Positions 1 through 7,652 of a DNA stretch of 20,000 bases are shown here, one piece after another. This DNA is from an uncultured virus (IMG/VR IMGVR_UViG_3300047157_000163). Taxonomy: Duplodnaviria > Heunggongvirae > Uroviricota > Caudoviricetes > Crassvirales. A model generated the notes under the pieces. It was not told the origin of the DNA. It saw nothing but the letters and a program-made list of their open reading frames with translations, and made no database searches. Made by a program: the position numbers and the translations under genes. Position 1 is the stretch's first letter; the number at the start of each line of letters is the position of its first letter. The stretch lies in IMG/VR virus record IMGVR_UViG_3300047157_000163. One strand, written 5' to 3'.

Positions 1-1395
1 GCAGATCTTCATTATAATCAACCTGTTCGTATATTTTTGCAAGATTAAACAAGCTATTTTTTGTTTCATCTCTAAACGCGTGTTCTTCTGTACGTGGAAA
101 CTGGCGGTAATATTCGTTCAAACCGTCTTGGTCTTGCTTAAGACCTTCAACTTCATTGTTCCAGTAATCTATAACCCCTTGTTCAATAGTGTCCCCAAAA
201 GGATCTAACACTTTTTCTTCAGGGGTATTAAATACTGGTTGTCCATACTGATCAATAAATCCTTCGTAGTTCCACTCCATAGGTATAAAGAGTGAATATA
301 GCCCAGATTTAGTTTGGCCATTCGAGTTTCTTTTACTTACGTCAGAGTCATTATATAACTTTTTGAAGTTCTCACCTCCTTTATCTAATGAATTCGATGT
401 CGAACCCATTAAACACTTGCCTATAATTCTAGCTCCCAAACGTAACGTAGTTTTTGTAACTCGCCAGTTGTTTAATATGTTATCCGGTCTTTCCCATTTA
501 CCACTCTCATCATGCACTAAAAGCTTTAAGCTTTTCACCATCATAAGAGTTGTCTCCCTGTATTCTTCCAGTCAATAGTTGTATCAAGACCCTCAAGCTC
601 TATTTGCTTTTCCTTTGCCTGAATTGATTTACGGGTTAGCTTAGAAGCAGGAACCCTATATGCCAGTTCAGTCTTCGGTCTATCCATACCATCTTGTATA
701 GGTTTGAAGAAAAACGGGTAGTTAACGGATATCGGTACAACTTTATCGGTAAACATTTTTTTGGCATCACTACCTGACTTTGATAGTATACCAAATCTGG
801 CATCACTGGAGATGGTCGCCAAGTTGACTGTTTCTCCTGAAGCCATAAATGAGAATCCACTCCGTCTGTTCTTAAGATAGCACATTCCGTAGCTTCTTGT
901 ATCGGCTTTACAGGCTTCCCAAAATATAAAGAAGAGTCTGTTTGCTTCACGGTAGTCGGGATTACCGACATCAATCTTACTCCACTGCAAGTACATGTAA
1001 TGAGTCCCAGTGATATAAGTAGGAGTCCCCTTGTTATAAAACCAGTAACCGCCATCACGCCTGTTGAATTCTTCATCAATGTATCCCTCCCAATTGCTCT
1101 TAAACTCATCTGGATAGGTTTGCCAATCAAATATACTCTTGATTCTTTTAAGCTCTTTAGGATACTCCTGAACAGCCCATTTATCTAAGCCTTTAGTTAA
1201 TCCTTTCGGTGCTGGCGGCAATGCTATACACAAGTTTTGCACTTCTAGTATTTGCCCTATCTGCCCAGTCTTACTGATAACAACTATATCGTGTTCCTTG
1301 TTGTAACCATATTTCCAAGACTTGGATCTATTTAATCTGCTGATTGTTGTAAGCTTTACAGGCTCAACAACTTTTACTAGGCTTTGCTCGTACAT
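1..1395 (-). CDS. terL: Terminase large subunit, 3' partial; frame broken by two apparent +1 insertions (CCC 556-558 and TTT 525-527)
   Basis: The 284-aa ORF has a deviant Walker A (YLKNRRSGFS). Removing one base at each homopolymer gives ...DWKNTGDNSYDGEKLKLLVHDESGKW (Walker B) RVTKTTLRLGARIIGKCLMGSTSN...YYRQFPRTEEHAF..., open to the window edge. Confidence 0.9.
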
Positions 1396-1673
1396 TACCT
1401 AGATCTTTTTTCAGCAAACCCTGAGAATGTTTTCTTTTCTTTTTCTTCTTTCGGTTTGTTCTCAAGTATGCGCTCTTCCTCTTCGATGCGAGTAAGTATT
1501 TCAAACGCGTCAAAGATTGCTAGCTTTTTAGTCGCAGCAGCATTTTTTAAGCGGTCAGCAGAAACATCATCTTCCGTATTGGTAATGATTTTTTCTTGCG
1601 CAACCTTTATAAGTTCCTCAACTGCTTTGCGACCAGCTAGGATTATATTCTTTTTCGCTTGCTTGGTGTCCAT
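1395..1673 (-). CDS. Helical 92-aa protein, candidate terminase small subunit (start re-called to ATG 1673, MDTKQAKK)
   Basis: Directly upstream of terL with a TAATG stop/start overlap at 1393-1397. Charged, helical sequence. The function is inferred from position only. Confidence 0.55.
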   Translation of the reverse strand: MDTKQAKKNIILAGRKAVEELIKVAQEKIITNTEDDVSADRLKNAAATKKLAIFDAFEILTRIEEEERILENKPKEEKEKKTFSGFAEKRSR

Positions 1674-2208
1674 ACTTGATTGTAATTCGATTTGCGGGAA
1701 CACGGTAAACCTTCTCCCCTTCAATATTAAATTCGTATTCTGTACCAGGTGTGAACCCTATAAGCTCTCCACTTTCAAACCCTTCGTAAGCGTATTTAAC
1801 TTTTCCTATCAAAGGAAGCTCGTTATGTTCAGAAAACATACGCTCGTCTAACATAGGCTTAACGAATATGAAACCCGCTACAGGTTTCCATTCTCCATCA
1901 CGTTTAAACGCATATATCTGATCAGGGTATACAAAGTACTTATCCTCTTCGTAATATGAGCGGCTGTTCTTTTCAGCGCCTCTTACATCTCTAAATCTTC
2001 TAAAGACGTTATGATGAACAATAACTTCATCACCAGGAAGCAACCCTAAATCGTTTACTTTGGGTATAGCTTTGACCACTCCGTGTCTGCTAGTATAAAG
2101 ATGGTTTTGTAATTCTGTATTTAACAACAGTGTTACACCATTTATTTCTTTTTCTGATGTGGTTCTCTTAGCATACGGAGATACCATAAAGTTGTATATG
2201 CTTTGCAT
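1618..2208 (-). CDS. Tandem GroES-like (two-domain, Cpn20-like) co-chaperonin candidate, 196 aa
   Basis: Start at ATG 2208 (TAATG overlap). Domain 1: FMVSP...GVVKAIP...LLPGDEVIVH. Domain 2: KPVAGFIFVKP...GKVKY...GELIGFTPGTEYEFNIEGEKVYRV. Both follow the GroES pattern KPLxDRVLVK...GEVVAVG...VKVGDxVxF...GTEVKIDGEEYLI. Confidence 0.65.
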   Translation of the reverse strand: MQSIYNFMVSPYAKRTTSEKEINGVTLLLNTELQNHLYTSRHGVVKAIPKVNDLGLLPGDEVIVHHNVFRRFRDVRGAEKNSRSYYEEDKYFVYPDQIYAFKRDGEWKPVAGFIFVKPMLDERMFSEHNELPLIGKVKYAYEGFESGELIGFTPGTEYEFNIEGEKVYRVPANRITIKYGHQASEKEYNPSWSQSS

Positions 2209-2429
2209 TACCACTTAAGATCATATTCAATAGAGATAGCCATGTTCTTATTAAAGTCTTTCCACGGCATTACCAAATCTCCTTTTTGAATATAGACAGA
2301 GTACTTATCTTCCTCTTCTAATATGTTAACTATAGTATGACCGCCATACACTTCCTGTCCAACAGAATAGTGCATGGCGTCATTTTTATAGTCCTTGCCG
2401 ATACTAAGCTTCCTTATTATCTGCATCAT
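2208..2429 (-). CDS. Hypothetical phage protein (~73 aa, beta-rich)
   Basis: The ORF fills the operon and overlaps both neighbours. Start re-called to MMQIIRK (ATG 2429 or 2426). Confidence 0.75.
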   Translation of the reverse strand: MMQIIRKLSIGKDYKNDAMHYSVGQEVYGGHTIVNILEEEDKYSVYIQKGDLVMPWKDFNKNMAISIEYDLKW

Positions 2430-2670
2430 TAGGAGTGATAGCCCCATCTTGTAAGTTGATACTTACGTCTCCATAAGTTTTTTCTAGATCAGCTTGTACC
2501 TCAGCTAGCTTAGTGCGCAATGCTTTAACATTATCCATAAGCTCGTTCTTTTGCATTTCCGATGCACCAATTTGCATTTGAATCTGCTGTAGAGCGTTAA
2601 CGTACTTTTGTACTTCAGTTAGCTCGTCTGCTGTGATTGCTTTAGCAACCGCTTCTTTCTTCTTTCCCAT
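2404..2670 (-). CDS. Coiled-coil hypothetical protein, 88 aa
   Basis: Heptad pattern (LQQIQMQI...LRTKLAEVQADLEK) followed by a short beta hairpin (YGDVSINLQDG). A/T-rich leader ATTAAATTAAATTAAATCAA-ATG. Confidence 0.8.
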   Translation of the reverse strand: MGKKKEAVAKAITADELTEVQKYVNALQQIQMQIGASEMQKNELMDNVKALRTKLAEVQADLEKTYGDVSINLQDGAITPNDADNKEA

Positions 2671-2705
2671 TTGATTTAATTTAATTTAATTGTTTTATTT
2701 TAAAA

Positions 2706-3023
2706 TTAGCAGTTCCATCTACGGCGTGCTGCTCTACCACGTTCACTTGTCCAACTTTTTGAGCGAGCACAAAATGCTCTACGGCGCTTTGCAGCCTTGC
2801 TTCCTGCCTTTAACTTTGAAGGCGGAGTAGTTACTGCTGTTTGCAATTTACTACCTGGATTGTTCTTTTTATAATTTTTAACGCCTTTTTCTGTCATTCC
2901 GCCACCAGCGGCAGCACCTGTAGCACTTGCCGAACGAACTTCGTTATAGTTTCCTTCTGATTTTTTACGTGATGGGGCGTCGCCTTTCGCTTTGAAAGGT
3001 GAGTTGTGTTGTACGTATGCCAT
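2706..3023 (-). CDS. Basic phage protein, DUF6321-like, 105 aa
   Basis: Motifs GGMTEKGVKNY...GSKLQTAVT...SKAAKRRRAFCAR...RRRWNC resemble the DUF6321 phage family as I recall it. Confidence 0.65.
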   Translation of the reverse strand: MAYVQHNSPFKAKGDAPSRKKSEGNYNEVRSASATGAAAGGGMTEKGVKNYKKNNPGSKLQTAVTTPPSKLKAGSKAAKRRRAFCARSKSWTSERGRAARRRWNC

Positions 3024-3034
3024 GCTATTTACCT

Positions 3035-3526
3035 TTAAAGTATCCTTTTTTCATTACCACGTGCAGTGCCTAAATACTTATTGTCAAGAGTTTTAAACTG
3101 ACGAACATTTTCATTACCACCTTGCTCATATTGTGCTAAAGATCTATCTACTCCACCAGCTTTTGAAGCTTCTTGTTGAGCTTTACTAAGCCCACGGCTT
3201 GCAGCGTAATTTTGGCTGTATTGTGCAAATTTTTCTGCGCCGCTGCCTGTAGCACCACCTGTTTTTTCGTTTAGTGCATCAAACGTACTTACAATTTTAT
3301 CTTTAGAAACATTGCCCTTCATAAAATCGCGACGCTCTTTATAGTTACCAAATAAACCAGATTTTTCATCTGATTGGCGAGCATACTCTTTAGCTAACTT
3401 TCTGTTTTGTTTTCTTTCAAAGTTTTCATTTCTATTAACCGAACGATTAACCATTAAGTTGTTTCTATAGTCCCCTACAGTGCCTACTCTTGTACTTGTT
3501 TCTTCAACCTTAGGAGTGAAGCCCAT
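3035..3526 (-). CDS. Hypothetical hydrophilic protein (163 aa); 5' end uncertain
   Basis: ORF on the operon strand. The frame stays open about 45 nt upstream of the ATG (..HETVDNPDKEM). Confidence 0.65.
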   Translation of the reverse strand: MGFTPKVEETSTRVGTVGDYRNNLMVNRSVNRNENFERKQNRKLAKEYARQSDEKSGLFGNYKERRDFMKGNVSKDKIVSTFDALNEKTGGATGSGAEKFAQYSQNYAASRGLSKAQQEASKAGGVDRSLAQYEQGGNENVRQFKTLDNKYLGTARGNEKRIL

Positions 3527-3551
3527 TTCTTTATCAGGGTTATCTACTGTT

Positions 3552-3815
3552 TCATGTATCTTTTTTCCAGATTACGCTATCTTCAGTATAATCTAAACGG
3601 TTTTGGTGCATTTGATTTAAATGCACTTTCTCATGTTCAACCGCTTCTTCTTTTTGCTTTGGTGATAACCCCTTATCAATAAAAATAGTTCCGTCACGAT
3701 TAGCCTCCGCCATCACTTGACCACCTAAATCTTTTTCAAATACAGGTGCATCAAATGTTGAGGTTTGCTCATCGTAACCGAACAGGGTACTTTTATCCTT
3801 AAGCTTAAATGGCAT
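3552..3815 (-). CDS. HExxH zincin-like metallopeptidase, probably C-terminally truncated (87 aa)
   Basis: AEANRDGTIFID...EAVEHEKVHLNQ gives a strand-helix-HExxH layout. It stops at WKKDT with no evident third-ligand Glu helix. Confidence 0.6.
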   Translation of the reverse strand: MPFKLKDKSTLFGYDEQTSTFDAPVFEKDLGGQVMAEANRDGTIFIDKGLSPKQKEEAVEHEKVHLNQMHQNRLDYTEDSVIWKKDT

Positions 3816-3954
3816 TAGCAGTCACACTTACCCATGCAACCACAGTCTCCTGCGTTGGTAAAGTTTACGTGCTTTTCTTTAGCGCTTTAGTTGCTGGAGC
3901 AGGCTTATAATTAGCTAATGCGCGCTTTGTAATAGGTTCTAAGTGATTTTTCAT
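3815..3954 (-). pseudogene. Small frameshifted ORF (MKNHLEPITKRALANYKPAPATK / AKEKHVNFTNAGDCGCMGKCDC*)
   Basis: ATG 3954 overlaps the upstream TGA (ATGA) and TAA 3817-3815 overlaps the downstream ATG (TAATG), but the span is 140 nt (not 3n). The frame switches near 3880-3890. Confidence 0.55.
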
Positions 3955-4391
3955 CGTTCTTTGTCTTTAATCATATCGTCTATAGCTTTGTTATAGACTT
4001 TATCAGTATAACTCTTGTTCTTGTAAAATTTGCTTGATCTACCGATTGGTAAATCTTCTTCCCCAAGCATAACTCGATACATGCGTGTAATCAAGCGTTT
4101 CGCTTTAGGTGATGTTGTGAAAACACTGTATTTGATTGTAGTCCTATTCCGATGACGCCAGACATCAATCCAGCCATCATTTCTAAGTCTTTCCCAGCGG
4201 TTTTTATCCCATGCATAGGTGTATGACCCTTCTATAAAATCATTACGCGTAAAACGCTCTTTGCAATCAAGATATATCAGCAGCTCTAGGTCAGCATCTA
4301 ATATATCGTAAGTCTTACAGGCCCATTTCCTAACGAGCCTGTAATACTTAAACAAATTCATATCGCGTAAATCCGCGGGTGTTAGTCTCAT
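3951..4391 (-). CDS. Putative winged-helix (MarR-like) DNA-binding protein, 146 aa, copy A
   Basis: Pattern YDILDADLELLIYL...FTRNDF...WERLRNDGWIDV...YSVFTTSPKAKRLI resembles a MarR-type wHTH. ATGA-coupled to groES. Confidence 0.55.
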   Translation of the reverse strand: MRLTPADLRDMNLFKYYRLVRKWACKTYDILDADLELLIYLDCKERFTRNDFIEGSYTYAWDKNRWERLRNDGWIDVWRHRNRTTIKYSVFTTSPKAKRLITRMYRVMLGEEDLPIGRSSKFYKNKSYTDKVYNKAIDDMIKDKER

Positions 4392-4645
4392 TCTACAATA
4401 ACAACGTCGCCTACGGTAATTACATGAAATAAATCTTCATTCCATTCTATACCATGTCCAGCGTGCTTATCGTATCTAATTGTATCACCAACTTCAACGC
4501 CGATTACTAATGGTCCGCAGCTAATAACTTCAGCTTTTAAATACCTAACGTCACTATTCTGCTTTTCAGTTAATTCAAGGCCGGCAACCTTTTTGACTGC
4601 CTCCTTGATTTTCTTTATAATAATATAATTATTTACCGCTTTCAT
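4388..4645 (-). CDS. groES: Phage co-chaperonin GroES (85 aa), copy A
   Basis: [10 protein letters not shown], mobile loop KKVAGLELT, AEVISCG...VEVGDTIRYDKHAG. Immediately downstream of groEL. Confidence 0.88.
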   Translation of the reverse strand: MKAVNNYIIIKKIKEAVKKVAGLELTEKQNSDVRYLKAEVISCGPLVIGVEVGDTIRYDKHAGHGIEWNEDLFHVITVGDVVIVE

Positions 4646-6197
4646 CCATTCTCATATTAGAGATTACACAATCTGCAGAAATAATTGTTGTAGCTACACT
4701 AACTGCATTCTTTAGTGCGGTTTTGGTTACGAGTACTGGATCAATAATACCAGCCTTAACCATATTTACTTTCTTCCCCGAAGTAGCATCAATTCCATAA
4801 CCTTTACGCGCAACTGGCTCGTCGAGCACAATATTTGCGTTTTCAAGAATGGTATTAAACGGAGAACTAAGAGCTCTAAGAAGAGCAGTGTATCCAACAT
4901 TCTTATGTTTAATCTTTAATGATGCATGCAATAATGCTGCGCCACCCCCTGCTACGATACCTTCTTTTAACGCGGCTTGCGTTGCATAGATGGCATCTTC
5001 TACTCTATCTTTCTTTTCTTTGAGTTCGACCTGTGAGTCAGCTCCTACATAAATCAGTCCAACCTTACCGGTTAACATTGATAAACGCTCTTCGAGCTTA
5101 CCCCTAAAGTAAGGGTTTGTTTCAGAACCAATTCTTTCACGTACATTTTCAATACGATCAAGAAGCTGCTCATGGTCGGCCTCCACCTGCATCACAGTGT
5201 TCTTTGAAGAGGTAACGGATTTTACCGCTTCTCCTAACACTTCGGGATTGATCAGATCCAAATCATCGCCAAGCTCTTCATTAATGACTGTAGCCCCAGT
5301 TAATATTGCTAAGTCTTCGATTGCTTCCTGCTTAGTTGGCCCAAACCCAGGTAAATCCACTATGTTTACCTTGATATTGCCTTTTACCTTGTTAGCTAGT
5401 AACGTTTGGTAAGGTTGTTGCTCAACGTCAGCGACGATCAGCAGGCTTCTGTTCTTCTTTACAACGTGTTCTAAGACACTTTGTATCTTTCTTATATTAG
5501 GTATAGGCGAAGACACAATAAGGACCATAGGGTTGTCTAAAACAGCTATGCCCTTATCTTTATCCGTTATAAGATGTGGTGACTTTAAACCTGAATCAAA
5601 TTGAGTACCCTCTACAAACTCCACATAAGTTTCGTTCGTTTCGGATTCTTCCATCAATACGACTCCATCTTTGCCAACTTTGCCGAAAGCTTCACCAATG
5701 AAGCCTCCAAGCTCTTCGTCGTTGTTTGTGCTAATGTATGCAACTTGCCTAAGCATTTCACCATCAACCGGAATACTGGTAGTATCAAGATATTCCAAGA
5801 TCTCCTTAGCACAGTCTTCAACGCCTTTTTTAATTTCTCTAATTTTGTCATCACTTGTAAATTCACTTAGTTCTTTTAATAATGAGTGAGCGAGGACGGT
5901 CGAGGTTGTCGTACCGTCACCCGCTTCACGCACTGTATTTCGGGCAGCCTCTTTAACAAGTGTTGCACCGATGTTTTCGACCGGATCCATCAAGACTACG
6001 CTTTCTGCTACGGTTACACCATCTTTAGTGATGACCGGTCGGCCCAAAGCGTCTTCGTAGATCACGCATTTACCTGAAGCTCCTAAAGTGGACTTCACTG
6101 CGTTCGCTAACTTACTGACGCCGGCCATAATTTTTTCATTGGCAGCATTGCCAAATGTGAGATCCTTTACAATCTCGCTAGGGTTATTAAATTCCAT
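4629..6197 (-). CDS. groEL: Phage chaperonin GroEL (522 aa), copy A
   Basis: [60 protein letters not shown]. Confidence 0.97.
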   Translation of the reverse strand: MEFNNPSEIVKDLTFGNAANEKIMAGVSKLANAVKSTLGASGKCVIYEDALGRPVITKDGVTVAESVVLMDPVENIGATLVKEAARNTVREAGDGTTTSTVLAHSLLKELSEFTSDDKIREIKKGVEDCAKEILEYLDTTSIPVDGEMLRQVAYISTNNDEELGGFIGEAFGKVGKDGVVLMEESETNETYVEFVEGTQFDSGLKSPHLITDKDKGIAVLDNPMVLIVSSPIPNIRKIQSVLEHVVKKNRSLLIVADVEQQPYQTLLANKVKGNIKVNIVDLPGFGPTKQEAIEDLAILTGATVINEELGDDLDLINPEVLGEAVKSVTSSKNTVMQVEADHEQLLDRIENVRERIGSETNPYFRGKLEERLSMLTGKVGLIYVGADSQVELKEKKDRVEDAIYATQAALKEGIVAGGGAALLHASLKIKHKNVGYTALLRALSSPFNTILENANIVLDEPVARKGYGIDATSGKKVNMVKAGIIDPVLVTKTALKNAVSVATTIISADCVISNMRMDESGK

Positions 6198-6221
6198 TAT
6201 ATTAAATTAAAGTGTTTTGGT

Positions 6222-6506
6222 TTATTCGAATGTTTTAACGACTTTAGGTCCTTGCGCGAATTCGAGACGCGATTTGTAGTGCTCTATCGATTTATCAATA
6301 GCTTGTTCAGCACCATCTAAAGTTTCCCTGCGAGTTACATCTTTCCAGGAACCTTCTAATAACAACTCTGTTTGATAGTAGCCATTAGGTAATTGTACAA
6401 TTCTCCAGTTCTTTTTTTCTGAAGCATGTTCCCAGAAAGCTTTGGCTTTTTCGGATACTTGTTGGTCGCCACTTGTTGCAGTGGTCGTGCGGTAATAAAA
6501 TGTCAT
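6222..6506 (-). CDS. Hypothetical protein upstream of groEL (94 aa), copy A
   Basis: Clean ORF with an A-rich leader, on the operon strand. Confidence 0.8.
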   Translation of the reverse strand: MTFYYRTTTATSGDQQVSEKAKAFWEHASEKKNWRIVQLPNGYYQTELLLEGSWKDVTRRETLDGAEQAIDKSIEHYKSRLEFAQGPKVVKTFE

Positions 6507-6543
6507 TTGGTTTTTATTTAAGGTTATTACTTACAGGGTATAA

Positions 6544-6946
6544 TTACTTGCGCATCAGCTTAGTTAAATCTTTCGTCTTGTCTCCAGAACCCATTGAAGA
6601 ACCAAACCAATACCCATATACATCACCTAAGGTACGCAAGAAAAACCCACTAAACGTAGTTATTAATCCTTTTTGTACTTCTGTCAATGCTTCCCAGTTA
6701 AGGAAGTCAGTAAATATAGCCGTTGCTAAACCAATAGCGATAAATAAAGTAACGTAAGTTAGTATATCCGGTGTGCTTTTATTCTTACCAAGTTCTCTAG
6801 CTTCTTTACGATCTAATACCTCTTGCTGATATGCTTCTTTAATAAAAGCTTTCTTTTCAGCGGGTGTATCAATAAATCTATCTGCAACCTCAGCCGCTTT
6901 GTCTAGTAGAGGCGCTGCGCTTCCACCTAGTAGTTTTAATAATTTG
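6544..6946 (-). pseudogene. 5'-truncated copy of the putative holin (start codon lost at the repeat junction)
   Basis: Identical to 9551-9953 but lacks the first five bases (ATG AG), which are replaced by the junction sequence. Confidence 0.85.
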
Positions 6947-6957
6947 TAAGTGATTTT

Positions 6958-7398
6958 TCATCGTTCTTTGTCTTTAATCATATCGTCTATAGCTTTGTTA
7001 TAGACTTTATCAGTATAACTCTTGTTCTTGTAAAATTTGCTTGATCTACCGATTGGTAAATCTTCTTCCCCAAGCATAACTCGATACATGCGTGTAATCA
7101 AGCGTTTAGCTTTAGGTGATGTTGTGAAAACACTGTATTTGATTGTAGTCCTATTCCGATGACGCCAGACATCAATCCAGCCATCATTTCTAAGTCTTTC
7201 CCAGCGGTTTTTATCCCATGCATAGGTGTATGACCCTTCTATAAAATCATTACGCGTAAAACGCTCTTTGCAATCAAGATATATCAGCAGCTCTAGGTCA
7301 GCATCTAATATATCGTAAGTCTTACAGGCCCATTTCCTAACGAGCCTGTAATACTTAAACAAATTCATATCGCGTAAATCCGCGGGTGTTAGTCTCAT
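6958..7398 (-). CDS. Putative winged-helix protein, copy B
   Basis: Protein identical to 3951-4391. Confidence 0.55.
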   Translation of the reverse strand: MRLTPADLRDMNLFKYYRLVRKWACKTYDILDADLELLIYLDCKERFTRNDFIEGSYTYAWDKNRWERLRNDGWIDVWRHRNRTTIKYSVFTTSPKAKRLITRMYRVMLGEEDLPIGRSSKFYKNKSYTDKVYNKAIDDMIKDKER

Positions 7399-7652
7399 TC
7401 TACAATAACAACGTCGCCTACGGTAATTACATGAAATAAATCTTCATTCCATTCTATACCATGTCCAGCGTGCTTATCGTATCTAATTGTATCACCAACT
7501 TCAACGCCGATTACTAATGGTCCGCAGCTAATAACTTCAGCTTTTAAATACCTAACGTCACTATTCTGCTTTTCAGTTAATTCAAGGCCGGCAACCTTTT
7601 TGACTGCCTCCTTGATTTTCTTTATAATAATATAATTATTTACCGCTTTCAT
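7395..7652 (-). CDS. groES: Phage co-chaperonin GroES, copy B
   Basis: Identical to 4388-4645. Confidence 0.88.
   Translation of the reverse strand: MKAVNNYIIIKKIKEAVKKVAGLELTEKQNSDVRYLKAEVISCGPLVIGVEVGDTIRYDKHAGHGIEWNEDLFHVITVGDVVIVE

Larger units (their letters stand above)
3940..6946. repeat. 3007-bp direct tandem repeat, copy A
   Basis: Matches 6947-9953 at offset 3007 in a line-by-line manual comparison; 4 substitutions found. Confidence 0.98.

Noticed and set aside
520..560. Programmed ribosomal frameshift or intron in terL
   Set aside because: Two separate shifts within about 30 nt would be needed, there is no canonical slippery heptamer, and no intervening sequence is present.
3048..3120. 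13-bp direct repeat TTTTCATTACCAC
   Set aside because: Only two copies, both in frame (GNEK/GNEN); too little to support a function.
6507..6550. Possible late promoter (AAGTAATTATAC...AAGTAATAAC on the minus strand) upstream of the chaperonin cassette
   Set aside because: No clear Bacteroidota TAnnTTTG match and no independent second instance outside the duplication, so it cannot be supported.
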